A stretch of DNA of 64,000 nt, from NCBI GenBank assembly GCA_041687695.1, contig JAWLBL010000001.1, positions 432,190 through 496,189 of the forward strand, given 5' to 3'. The notes under the pieces are model-generated. The model did not search any database and was not told the DNA's origin. It was given only the letters and a program-made list of their open reading frames with translations. The stretch is from Myxococcota bacterium (GTDB lineage Bacteria; Myxococcota_A; UBA9042; PHBI01; JAWLBL01). A program made the position numbers and the translations under genes. Of the stretch, positions 40,032 through 49,611 are shown one piece after another (the first letter of the stretch is position 1; the number at the start of each line of letters is the position of its first letter).

Positions 40032-41240
40032 ATGAAGCTGGTCGCCGCCCAAAGCTCGCGCGAGATCGCGCTGACCCTGTCCCGGGATCTGACCCGCGCC
40101 CTCAAGCGCGGCCATCCGTGGGTCTTCTCGGACGCCCTGCGCGAGCGCCCGCCCGCGCCGGCCGGGGCGGCGGCGCTGCTCACCGACAAGCGGGGCAAGC
40201 CGGTCGCGCGCGGGATGTACGACCCGGGGGCGCCGCTGGCCTTCCGGGCGTGCACGACCGATCCGCGCGAGCGCCTGGACGACCGCTGGGCGGAGCGGCG
40301 GCTCGAGGCGGCGCTGGCGCTGCGCGAGGCGGCGGTCGTCGAGCCCGGGGTGACGACGGGCTTTCGGCTGTTCAACGGCGAGGGCGACGGCGTGCCGGGG
40401 CTGGTGTGCGACGTGTACGGCGACACGGCCGTGGTGAAGCTGGACGGCGAGGGGCCGCGGGGGTTCTGGGACGTCGCGGGCGTCGCCGCGTGGGTGGGCC
40501 GGCGGCTCGGGCTGCGGACGGTCTACGAGCGCGAGCGCACACGGGGTGGGCCGCGCGGCGAGGTCGCGTGGGGCGAGGCGCCACCCGAGCGGGTGCGCTT
40601 CCTCGAGCACGGGCTGACGTTCGCGGCGGACGTCGTGCACGGGCAGAAGACGGGCTTCTTCCTGGACCAGCGCGACAACCGGCGGCGGGTGCGGCGGCTG
40701 GCGGGCGGGCGGCGCGTGCTGAACGTGTTCGGCTACACGGGCGGGTTCTCGGTCTACGCCGGCGCCGGCGGGGCGACGCACGTCACGACGGTCGACATCG
40801 CGGCGCCGGCCATCGCGGACGCCCAGGCGAACTGGACCCTCAACGGGCTGCCGCCCGAGCGGCACGACGGGGTGGCGGCCGACGCCTTCGCGTTCCTCGA
40901 GCAGGCGGCCGGCGGGGGCGAGCGCTGGGAGCTGGTGGTGTGCGATCCGCCGTCGTTCGCGCCCTCGCGGCAGGCGCTCGACAAGGCCCTGCCGGCCTAC
41001 ACGCGCCTGTTCGCGGCCGCCGCGCGCGTCACGGCGCCGGGCGGGCTCCTGTGCGTCTCGTCGTGCTCGAGCCACGTGGGCCCCGAGGCGTTCCAGCAGC
41101 TGACCGAGGAGGCCGTGGGCCAGGCTCGGCGCCGCGCCAGCCTGGTGGGCGTTCACGATCAGCCGGCCGATCACCCGACCCCGCTGGCCTTTCGCGACTT
41201 CCGGTACCTGAAGTTCCTGGTGCTGCGCCTCGACGACTGA
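40032..41240 (+). CDS. Class I SAM-dependent rRNA methyltransferase (RlmI/RlmK-like)
   Basis: GHPWVF PUA domain, RLFNGEGDGVPGL, GQKTGFFLDQRDNR, VLNVFGYTGGFS, DPPSF, SCS, YLK. Confidence 0.92.
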   Translation: MKLVAAQSSREIALTLSRDLTRALKRGHPWVFSDALRERPPAPAGAAALLTDKRGKPVARGMYDPGAPLAFRACTTDPRERLDDRWAERRLEAALALREAAVVEPGVTTGFRLFNGEGDGVPGLVCDVYGDTAVVKLDGEGPRGFWDVAGVAAWVGRRLGLRTVYERERTRGGPRGEVAWGEAPPERVRFLEHGLTFAADVVHGQKTGFFLDQRDNRRRVRRLAGGRRVLNVFGYTGGFSVYAGAGGATHVTTVDIAAPAIADAQANWTLNGLPPERHDGVAADAFAFLEQAAGGGERWELVVCDPPSFAPSRQALDKALPAYTRLFAAAARVTAPGGLLCVSSCSSHVGPEAFQQLTEEAVGQARRRASLVGVHDQPADHPTPLAFRDFRYLKFLVLRLDD

Positions 41241-41303
41241 GCGGGGCAGATCCTTTCGCGATCGGGCGCGTCACACAGGGCCTCGTCATCCCCGGAGGCC
41301 CCC

Positions 41304-42668
41304 ATGCTGACCGTCCTGCTCGCCCTCGCCCTGCCCCTCCTGTCGCCCTTCGATCTCCGCGCGTCGGACGCGCTCGCGGCCCCGCCCCCCGTGACCGCGA
41401 TCGCCGGCAGCCTGTCCCTCGAGGCCCGCCTCGAGCGCTCGCTGGTCCACACGTCGGCCGCCCAGATCCACGCGCTGGTCAAGCTCACCGCGGCCGACGG
41501 GGTCGCGGCCGAGCGCCGGCCGGTCAACCTGGCGCTGGTCCTGGACCGGTCGGGCTCCATGGCCGGGCGCAAGATCGAAGACGCGCGCGCCGCCGCGCTG
41601 GCGCTGGTCGGGCAGCTGCAGGACGGCGACCGCGTGACGGTGGTCAGCTACGGCAGCGACGTGCGCGTGGACGTGCCGCCGACGGTGCTGGACGCCGCCG
41701 CGCGGCTCGAGGTGACGCGCGCCATCGTGCGCATCCGGCACGGCGGCCGCACGAACCTGGCGGGCGGGCTGAAGGTCGCCTACCACCAGCTGGCGCCCCA
41801 TCGCGACGCGGACCGGGTCACGCGGGTGGTGCTGGTCTCGGACGGGCTGGCCAACGTGGGCACGACGCAGCCGCGGCTGCTGGCGGCGTTGGCCCGCGCC
41901 GACTGGCAGGAGGGGACGGTCACGACGACGCTGGGGCTGGGCGTCGACTACAACGAGGATCTGATGACCGAGCTGGCCGTGCACGGGGGCGGCGGCTTCT
42001 ACCACGTCAGCCGATCGGAGCAGCTGGCCGGGGTGCTGAGCGACGAGCTGGCGCACATGCAGGCGACGGTGGCGCGGCAGGCCACGCTCGAGCTGACGCT
42101 GCCCGAGGGGGTGCGCGTCCGGGCGGTGCACGGGCACGCGGTCGCGCAGGAGGGGCGGACGGTGCTGGTCACGCTTGGAGATCTGTCGGCGGGGCAGTCG
42201 CGGTCGATCCTGTGGGCGCTCGAGCTGCCGCACGCGCAGCTCGGGGCGCAGCCGCTGGGTGAGATCGTGCTGCACTACACGGACGCGCGCGACGGGCAGC
42301 GGCGGGCGGCGCGCGGCGGCGCGATGCAGGTGACGTGGACCGGCGACCGCGTGGCGTCCGAAGCCAGCGTCGACCCCGAGGTGGCGGCGCGCATGGCCGA
42401 GCTGCAGCTGGCGGCGGCGATGGCGACGGCGGCCGACCACATGGCGGCCGGCGACCTGGACCAGGCCCAGCAGGTCCTGGGAGCGGCGACGCGGCGAGCG
42501 CGGAGCAACGCGGCGGGGTTCGGGGCGGTCGGGCAGCCGCTCGCGGACGAGGCCGCCGCCGCCGAGGCCATGCTGGACGACGTGAAGAAGGCGCCGGCCA
42601 GCCCGAAGGCGCGGCGCGAGCTGGCCAAGCAGGGCAAGGCCAAGGCCTTCGAGATGAGCCGACAGTAA
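41304..42668 (+). CDS. Secreted VWA-domain protein (YfbK-like)
   Basis: MIDAS motif LVLDRSGSM, GRTNL, LVSDGLAN, GLGVDYNE. Confidence 0.88.
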   Translation: MLTVLLALALPLLSPFDLRASDALAAPPPVTAIAGSLSLEARLERSLVHTSAAQIHALVKLTAADGVAAERRPVNLALVLDRSGSMAGRKIEDARAAALALVGQLQDGDRVTVVSYGSDVRVDVPPTVLDAAARLEVTRAIVRIRHGGRTNLAGGLKVAYHQLAPHRDADRVTRVVLVSDGLANVGTTQPRLLAALARADWQEGTVTTTLGLGVDYNEDLMTELAVHGGGGFYHVSRSEQLAGVLSDELAHMQATVARQATLELTLPEGVRVRAVHGHAVAQEGRTVLVTLGDLSAGQSRSILWALELPHAQLGAQPLGEIVLHYTDARDGQRRAARGGAMQVTWTGDRVASEASVDPEVAARMAELQLAAAMATAADHMAAGDLDQAQQVLGAATRRARSNAAGFGAVGQPLADEAAAAEAMLDDVKKAPASPKARRELAKQGKAKAFEMSRQ

Positions 42669-42673
42669 CCCGA

Positions 42674-43012
42674 TCAGGGGCCGTAGCGGTCGTCTTCGGG
42701 CAGGGGCCGGTCCTCGTGGACGGCGCGCGCGACGGCGAGGGCGCGCGCCTCGTCGGCGCGGGCGTACCAGGCCTCCTCGAGCCGGTCCCCGCGCCGCGCG
42801 TAGCAGGCCAGGGTGGGCCCAAAGCCGCAGGCGCCCAGGCAGCCGCTCTCGGTCAGGCGGATGGAGCCGCCGCGCTTGTAGTAGGCCAGGTGCTCGGCCT
42901 CGAGCCGGCGCCACAGCGCGGCGAACAGGCGCCGCGCCCCCAGCCCCGTGCAGGTCGGCCCCGTGCAGAGCAAGAGGTGCCCGCGCGTCGGGAAGAAGCG
43001 CGGCGCCGTCAC
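42674..43012 (-). CDS. Thioredoxin-like [2Fe-2S] ferredoxin
   Basis: HLLLCTGPTC...ESGCLGACGFGP...WY. Confidence 0.85.
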   Translation of the reverse strand: MTAPRFFPTRGHLLLCTGPTCTGLGARRLFAALWRRLEAEHLAYYKRGGSIRLTESGCLGACGFGPTLACYARRGDRLEEAWYARADEARALAVARAVHEDRPLPEDDRYGP

Positions 43013-43031
43013 GCCGTCACCGTCCTCGGGC

Positions 43032-44006
43032 TCACTCGTCGAGCACGTAGGCGAAGACGAGCGGCGCGATGATGGAGGCGTCGGAGTTGATCATGAAGCT
43101 GGGCGTGTCGACGTCCAGCTTGCCCCAGGTGATCTTCTCGCGCGGCACGGCGCCCGAGTACGACCCGTACGAGGTGGTCGAGTCGCTGATCTGGGCGAAG
43201 TAGGCCCAGAAGGGGGTGTCCTCGCGCTGCATGTCCTGAATCAGCATGGGGACGACGCAGATCGGGAAGTCGCCCGCGATGCCGCCGGCGATCTGGAAGA
43301 AGCCGATGGGCGTCTTGGCGTCGGCCTGCTGCTGGTACCACCCGGCCAGCCAGACCATCTGCTCGGTGCCGGTCTTGACGCAGTGGTGCTCGACGCCAGT
43401 GTCCGCCCCGCGCATGCAGGCGGCGGCGAACATGTTGCCCAGGGTCGAGTCCTCCCAGCCGGGCGTGTACACGGGCACGCCCATCTCCATGGCCGCCAGC
43501 AGCCAGGAGTGCTCCTTGGGGATCTGGAAGTGCTGCTCGAGCGTCGGGTCGCGCAGCACGTCCATCATGAACTCGGACGGGAACTTGCGGACGCCCTCGC
43601 GGGTCGCCTTGCTCCACAGGGCGATGAGGCGCTCCTCGAGGTGGCGCATCACCGTCTCGGGGATGCAGGTGTCGGTCACCCGGTTGAAGCCTTCGTCGTA
43701 CAGGCGCTTTTCGTCCTCGGCGCGCAGGTCGCGCCAGTCGTCCACGATGCAGTACTCGCGGTGGGCGACCAGGTTGAAGACGTCCTCCTCGAGGTTGGCG
43801 CCGGTCGTCGAGATGGCGCTGACCTTGCCGGCGCGGATCATCCGGGCGAGCGAGATGCCGAGCTCGGCCGTGCTCATGGCGCCGCCCATCGCGAGGAACA
43901 TCTTGCCGCCGCCGTCGACGAGGTCGACCCAGCCCTGCGCGGCGGCGCGGGTCTCGCGCGCGTTGAAGTGGCGGAAGTGCGTCTCCATGAACTGGCGCAT
44001 CTTCAT
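43032..44006 (-). CDS. Deoxyhypusine synthase-like protein (probable homospermidine/polyamine synthesis)
   Basis: GAMSTAELG, TGANLEED, NRVTDTCIPE, WEDSTLGN, GGIAGDFPIC, GSYSGA.P.EKITWGK, SDASI. Confidence 0.9.
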   Translation of the reverse strand: MKMRQFMETHFRHFNARETRAAAQGWVDLVDGGGKMFLAMGGAMSTAELGISLARMIRAGKVSAISTTGANLEEDVFNLVAHREYCIVDDWRDLRAEDEKRLYDEGFNRVTDTCIPETVMRHLEERLIALWSKATREGVRKFPSEFMMDVLRDPTLEQHFQIPKEHSWLLAAMEMGVPVYTPGWEDSTLGNMFAAACMRGADTGVEHHCVKTGTEQMVWLAGWYQQQADAKTPIGFFQIAGGIAGDFPICVVPMLIQDMQREDTPFWAYFAQISDSTTSYGSYSGAVPREKITWGKLDVDTPSFMINSDASIIAPLVFAYVLDE

Positions 44007-44140
44007 GTCTCGTCTCCTCGAACCATCGTGGCGGCCGGAGCCCCCCTGGGCGCGGCGAGGCGCAAAGGTAGCGGCGGGCCTGGCCCTGTCAAGGGTCGTT
44101 CGGCTAAGGTCGGCGGCCAACGGGACATGGAGGGGACGAC

Positions 44141-46183
44141 GTGCGAATCGCCCGGTGGCTGTTGGTCGGGACACTGATGACGACGCCCGCGTGCGGGGGC
44201 GGCGGGGGCGGGTCGTCGCCGGCCGACGTGGCCGACGACGCCAGCGAGGTCGAGACCGGCGGCGAGGGCGACGCAAAGGGTCAGGACGTGGCGGCGGACG
44301 TCGCCGAGGACACCGGGCCCACCGGACCGCCGCGTGTGTGCCGAGACGGCGCCGCGTGGGCGCCGGGGACCCGGGCGTTCACCGACGTGACCGAGGCCTG
44401 GGGCCTGACGGGCGTGACGGGCTTTCGCCTGGGCGCCGCGGACCTCGACGGCGACGGCTTCGCGGATCTCGTGGTGCGCACCCACGTCGTCAACGGGCGC
44501 GACGACTTCTCCGAGGGCGGCGCCCGCTACACGTTCGTGATGATGAACCGCGCGGGCGACGACGGCGCGCGCCAGTTCGTCGACACGACGCAGGCCAGCG
44601 GCTTCACGGCGCGGGTCGACGGGGGCGAGGGGCGGACCACCCACGTGGTCGTCTTCGGCGACATCGACAACGACGGCGATCTCGACGCGTTCTCGGGCGC
44701 CGGGGTCGAGACCGACCCCGCCAAGCCCGACAACGGCGACCACGGCGAGGTGCTCATCAACCAGGGCGACGGGACCTTCGTCCTGGGGCCCGGCGGCGAC
44801 GCGCGCTACCCGGTGCAGCGCCTGAACGTCGGCGGCGCGTCGATGCTGGACTACGACCGCGACGGCTTCCTCGACCTCTTCGTCGGCTTCGGCAACGGCG
44901 CCGACCAGCCGCTGCCCGACAAGCTCTACAAGGGCGACGGCCAGGGCTGGTTCACCGACGTGTCGAGTGAGGTCGGCCTGGTCACCAAGGACTGGAACCT
45001 CCTCAGCGACATCAACGCCGGCAAGGCCCACCGCAACACCTGGGGCACCACCGTCTGCGACGTGAACGACGACGGCCTGCCCGACCTGGTCACCGCCAGC
45101 TACGGCCGCGGCTTCAACGGCCTGTGGGTCGCGCGCCAGACCGACGACGGCGTGGTCTACGACGACATGGCCATCCCGAGCGGCGTCGGCCAGGACCACC
45201 GCGTCGACTGGACGACCAACCTGAACGCGCAGTGTTACTGCAAGCTCAACCCCGACGCCGAGGACTGCGACCAGGCCCCCGCCCCGCCCGCCTTCTTCGG
45301 CTGCAGCGCCGGCCAGCAGCTGCGCTGGAACCACGCCTACGACCGCATGCCCTTCCGCCTCGGCGGCAACACCTTCGGGACGGTCTGCGGCGACGTCGAC
45401 AACGACGGCGACCTCGATCTGATGACCCACGAGATCGTCCACTGGGACGTCGGCGACACCAGCGACCCGGCCGAGCTGCTCGTCAACGACGGCGCCGGCA
45501 CCTTCACGCGCCCCGGCAACGACGTCACCGGCCTCGTGCGCGACTACGACCGCGTCGACTGGAACGCGGGCGAGATGACCGGCGCCTTCCTCGACTTCGA
45601 CAACGACGGGCGCCTCGACGTGCTGCTCAACTCGTCCGACTACCCGGGGACGCACGCCTTCCTGTTCCACCAGCAGCCCGACGGCACCTTCGCCGAGGTC
45701 GCCCTCGCCGACGCCATCGACCACTACCGCTCCCACGGCATCGCCCTGGCCGACTTCGACCGCGACGGCGACCTCGACGTGGCGGTCGGCAGCAGCACCT
45801 CGCGCTGCAGCCAGGGCGACCCCGAATGCGCGGCCGGCAAGCAGGTCATGATCTTCCGCAACGACGCCGGCGACGCCCGCAACTTCGTGCAGCTGCAGCT
45901 CGTCGGCGGCCCCGGGTCGAACCGCTCGGCCATCGGCGCCCGCGTCACCGTCACGGCGGGCGGCGTCACCCAGACCCAGGAGGTCGGCGCCGGCTACGGG
46001 CACTACGCCGCCCAGAACGAGCTGACGCTGCACTTCGGCCTGGGCGCCGCCTGCGACATCGACGCCGTCACCGTGCGCTGGCCCGACGCCGCCGGCACGA
46101 CCGAGACCTTCGCCGGCGTGCTCGCCAACTACCGCGTCCGGCTGACCCAGGGCCAGGCGTCCCCCGACTACCTCGTCGACTGA
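44141..46183 (+). CDS. CRTAC1-like FG-GAP/VCBS repeat lipoprotein with ASPIC/UnbV C-terminal domain
   Basis: Repeated DxDxDGxxD motifs; NRSAIGARVTV...LHFGLG...VRWP. Confidence 0.88.
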   Translation: MRIARWLLVGTLMTTPACGGGGGGSSPADVADDASEVETGGEGDAKGQDVAADVAEDTGPTGPPRVCRDGAAWAPGTRAFTDVTEAWGLTGVTGFRLGAADLDGDGFADLVVRTHVVNGRDDFSEGGARYTFVMMNRAGDDGARQFVDTTQASGFTARVDGGEGRTTHVVVFGDIDNDGDLDAFSGAGVETDPAKPDNGDHGEVLINQGDGTFVLGPGGDARYPVQRLNVGGASMLDYDRDGFLDLFVGFGNGADQPLPDKLYKGDGQGWFTDVSSEVGLVTKDWNLLSDINAGKAHRNTWGTTVCDVNDDGLPDLVTASYGRGFNGLWVARQTDDGVVYDDMAIPSGVGQDHRVDWTTNLNAQCYCKLNPDAEDCDQAPAPPAFFGCSAGQQLRWNHAYDRMPFRLGGNTFGTVCGDVDNDGDLDLMTHEIVHWDVGDTSDPAELLVNDGAGTFTRPGNDVTGLVRDYDRVDWNAGEMTGAFLDFDNDGRLDVLLNSSDYPGTHAFLFHQQPDGTFAEVALADAIDHYRSHGIALADFDRDGDLDVAVGSSTSRCSQGDPECAAGKQVMIFRNDAGDARNFVQLQLVGGPGSNRSAIGARVTVTAGGVTQTQEVGAGYGHYAAQNELTLHFGLGAACDIDAVTVRWPDAAGTTETFAGVLANYRVRLTQGQASPDYLVD

Positions 46184-46250
46184 CGCCCGCCCCCTTCGGC
46201 GCCCCCGCCCGCGACGTTAGGCTGGAGCCTCCCCACCCGGAGCCCCAGCC

Positions 46251-47603
46251 TTGCGTCAACTGCTCATCACCGTCCCGCGCGGCCAGGGCCCGCGCGTCCT
46301 CGACCTGGCCCGCGACGAAGGCGGCGCCGACCTGGTCCGCCTCGACGGCGCCAGCGCCGACCGCGGCGAGGTCGAACTGATCCTGGCCCACGTCCCCAAC
46401 GCCCGCGTCGGCTCCCTGGTCGACCGCCTCGAGGCCATCCCCGAGCGGCGGATCGCCTTCCTGCCGACCGCCGCCATCGCCCTGCGCCCGCCCGCCGACC
46501 AGGTCGCCGACCAGGTCGCCGACGTCCAGAGCCTGAGCCCGCTCGAGGTCTTCGTCAGCGGCCTCCAGAGCGTCGGCTCCTGGGGCGCCTTCCTGGGCTA
46601 CGCGGCCGCCGGCGGCATCGTCGCCTGGATCGGCCTCGTGACCGGGTCCTCGTACCTGCTCGTCGCCGCCATGCTCATCGCCCCGTTCGCCGGCCCCGCC
46701 ATGAACGCCGCCATCGCCACCGCCCGCGGCGACACGCGGCTCCTGGGCCGCTCGCTCCTGCGCTACTTCGCCTCGCTCGCGCTCTCGGTCGCCGTCGCGG
46801 TCGCGCTGACGCTGGTCTTCGGGGTGCGCGTGCCGCCGCCCATGGCGGTCGACATCTCCCAGGTTTCCGGGCTGGCCGTCCTGCTCCCGCTCGTCGCGGG
46901 CGCGGCCGGCGCGCTCAACAAGTCCCGCAGCGCTCAGGACAGCCTGGTCTCCGGCGCGGCCACCGGCCTGCTGATCGCCGCCGCCCTGGCCCCGCCCGCC
47001 GCCATCCTCGGCCTCGGACTCGCGCGCGGCGAAGGTGACCTGGTGCAGTCCAGCGCCTTCTTGCTGATGCTGCAGCTCGTCGGCGTCAACCTGGGCGGCG
47101 CGGCCGTCTTCCGCCTGGTCGGCCTCACCCCCGCCGGCCCCCACTTCGCCCGCGGCCGCCGTTGGTTCGCCTGGACGGCCGCCGCCGCCTCGGTGGCCGC
47201 CCTCGCCGGCCTGCTGACCTGGCAGCTGACCGGACGCCCCGATTTGCAGCGCGAGTCCCGCTCGCGCGAGGCGGTCTCGACCGTCCGCCAGGTCGTGGAC
47301 GAGCGGCCCGACGTGCGCCTGGTCGAGGCCGAGGCCCGCTTCACGCGCGGCGAGATCGCCGGCCAGGACACGCTGCTCGCCGTCGTGCGGGTGCAGCGCA
47401 CGGCGTCCGCGCGTGGGACGGACGAGCAGTTGCGCGTGGAACTGACCCGGCAGATTCAGCGGCGGCTGACTGACGACGGCTTTCGCGTCACTCCCCTGGT
47501 CGATGTCACGGTCCTGTTACCTCCTGAAAGCTCCCTCGCGTCGCCTGCCGAAGCCGCTTCGGAGGCCGCTCCGACGGCTCCGGACGCGAGCCACGGAGAA
47601 TAG
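46251..47603 (+). CDS. DUF389-domain membrane protein
   Basis: IGL...AAMLIAPFAGP, G...AAALAPPA; several TM segments. Confidence 0.8.
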   Translation: MRQLLITVPRGQGPRVLDLARDEGGADLVRLDGASADRGEVELILAHVPNARVGSLVDRLEAIPERRIAFLPTAAIALRPPADQVADQVADVQSLSPLEVFVSGLQSVGSWGAFLGYAAAGGIVAWIGLVTGSSYLLVAAMLIAPFAGPAMNAAIATARGDTRLLGRSLLRYFASLALSVAVAVALTLVFGVRVPPPMAVDISQVSGLAVLLPLVAGAAGALNKSRSAQDSLVSGAATGLLIAAALAPPAAILGLGLARGEGDLVQSSAFLLMLQLVGVNLGGAAVFRLVGLTPAGPHFARGRRWFAWTAAAASVAALAGLLTWQLTGRPDLQRESRSREAVSTVRQVVDERPDVRLVEAEARFTRGEIAGQDTLLAVVRVQRTASARGTDEQLRVELTRQIQRRLTDDGFRVTPLVDVTVLLPPESSLASPAEAASEAAPTAPDASHGE

Positions 47604-47663
47604 GGGCTTGCTCTTGACGAGGGCCCCGACCTAGGCTGTGCGCTCCTTCGGGAGGAGCTGCTC

Positions 47664-48773
47664 ATGCCCAGGAAGGCGACCCGCGGCCCCATGTCGCGTG
47701 AGTCGGGCACACCCGCCGAGGCCCCCGGCCTTCGCCCCATCAGCCACTTCGACGGCGCCCGCGACGCCTCCACGCCCATGGACCGCCTGCGCGAGGTGCG
47801 CCGTCGCGCCGAGGGCTTCCGCGAAGAGATGCTCGCCGGCCCGCAGGTCCGCAGCTACCGCTCGTTCGGCCTCGTGCGCGTGCCCTACCCGACGCGCTTC
47901 GGCCTGCGCAACGCCTGCAGCGTCCCGACCCCGTACCTGCACATCCTCAACCGGCTGTTCATCATCCAGTTCGACACGCCCGAAGGGCTCAAGACCCTGC
48001 TGGTCTCGCCCTCCGACGCCCAGGGCAACGCCGAGACCCCCTTCTTCAAGCGCCTCGCCGACGGCATGGGCCCCCTCAAGGGCGTGGGCCGCCGCGTCAT
48101 CGCCCCCGAGCTGGCCACCGTCGAGCAGTGCCTGGCCCAGGCCGGCGTCCGCCCCGAGCAGGTCGACTACCTGACCTACGACCACCTGCACACGCAGGAT
48201 CTCCGAAAGTGGCTCGGCAGCGCGGACCGGCCCGGCCTGTTCCCGAACGCCAAGCTGCTCGTGATGCGCCGCGAGTGGGACATCGCGCGCGGCCACCTGC
48301 CCTGGCTGCGCGACTGGTACCACCCGCGCGGGACCGACGGCGTGCCGCCCGAGCGGGTCGTGCTGCTCGACGGCGACGTGATGCTCGGCGACTCGGTGGC
48401 GCTGCTGCGCACGCCCGGGCACACCGAGGGCAACCACTCGATCGTCGCCCACACGCCCGAGGGGCTGATGGTGACCAGCGAGAACGGCATCGCGCCCGAG
48501 GCCTACGCCCCGCTGGCGTCCGAGATCCCGGGCGTGCGGCGCTACGCCCTGCAGACCGGGGCCGAGGTGGTGCTCAACGCCAACACCCTCGAGAACAGCG
48601 TCGACCAGTACCTGTCGATGGTGCAGGAGAAGACCATCGCCGGGCCGTCGGTGCGCCACCCCGACTTTCCGAACGTCGTGTGCTCGTCCGAGCTGACCGG
48701 GTACTGGGCGTTCCCGGGGCTGCGGCCGACGTTCGCGTTCGGGGACCTCAGCTTCGGGACGGTGGGGGCATGA
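47664..48773 (+). CDS. Metallo-beta-lactamase-fold protein
   Basis: VDYLTYDHLHTQD, FPNAKLL, TPGHTEGNHS. Confidence 0.75.
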   Translation: MPRKATRGPMSRESGTPAEAPGLRPISHFDGARDASTPMDRLREVRRRAEGFREEMLAGPQVRSYRSFGLVRVPYPTRFGLRNACSVPTPYLHILNRLFIIQFDTPEGLKTLLVSPSDAQGNAETPFFKRLADGMGPLKGVGRRVIAPELATVEQCLAQAGVRPEQVDYLTYDHLHTQDLRKWLGSADRPGLFPNAKLLVMRREWDIARGHLPWLRDWYHPRGTDGVPPERVVLLDGDVMLGDSVALLRTPGHTEGNHSIVAHTPEGLMVTSENGIAPEAYAPLASEIPGVRRYALQTGAEVVLNANTLENSVDQYLSMVQEKTIAGPSVRHPDFPNVVCSSELTGYWAFPGLRPTFAFGDLSFGTVGA

Positions 48774-49600
48774 GCGGGCGCGTCATCGTCGTCACGGGCG
48801 CGGCCAGCGGCATCGGGCGGCACCTGGCGGACACGCTGGTGGCGGCGGGCGAGCGGGTCGTCGCGACGGACGTCGACGCGGACGGGCTGGACGCGTTCGC
48901 GCGGGCCGCCGGGTGGGACGCGCAGCGGGTGGTGACGCGGGCGCTGGACGTGCGGGACGCCGAGGCCTGGGAGGCGGCGCTGGACGAGGCGACCGGCCGC
49001 TGGGGGCACGTGGACGTGCTGCTCAACGTGGCGGGGTACCTCAAGCCGGCGCGGACGCACGAGGCCGCGCTGAGCGACGTGGATCTGCACCTGGACGTCA
49101 ACCTGAAGGGGACCATCCTCGGGACGCGGGCCGCGGCGCGGCGGATGGTGCCTCGGCGGCAGGGGCACATCATCAACATCGGATCGCTGGCCAGCCTGGC
49201 GCCGGTGCCGGGGCTGGGGCTGTACGCGGCGAGCAAGTTCGGGGTGCGCGGGTTCTCGCTGGCGGCCGCGCAGGAGCTGCGCGAGCACGGGGTCGCCGTG
49301 TCGCTGGTGCTGCCCGACGCGGTCCAGACGCCGATGTTGCGCCTGCAAGAGGACTACGAGGAGGCGGCGCTGACCTTCTCGGGCCCTCGGGCGCTGACGG
49401 TGCACGAGCTGGGGCGCCTCATCACGGGACACGTGATGGCGAGGCGCCCGCTGGAGGTGACGCTGCCCGGGTCGCGGGGGACGCTGGCGAGGCTGGCGGG
49501 GCTCGTGCCCGAGGTCGGGCGCCTGCTGGCGCCCGTGCTGCAGCGAAGAGGACGTGCCATGCAGGCGCGAAGGCGCAAGGGGCGCCCGGTTTCCAAGTGA
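48770..49600 (+). CDS. Short-chain dehydrogenase/reductase
   Basis: TGAASGIG, NVAG, YAASK; ATGA overlap with the upstream gene. Confidence 0.93.
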   Translation: MSGRVIVVTGAASGIGRHLADTLVAAGERVVATDVDADGLDAFARAAGWDAQRVVTRALDVRDAEAWEAALDEATGRWGHVDVLLNVAGYLKPARTHEAALSDVDLHLDVNLKGTILGTRAAARRMVPRRQGHIINIGSLASLAPVPGLGLYAASKFGVRGFSLAAAQELREHGVAVSLVLPDAVQTPMLRLQEDYEEAALTFSGPRALTVHELGRLITGHVMARRPLEVTLPGSRGTLARLAGLVPEVGRLLAPVLQRRGRAMQARRRKGRPVSK

Positions 49601-49611
49601 GTAGGGAGAAG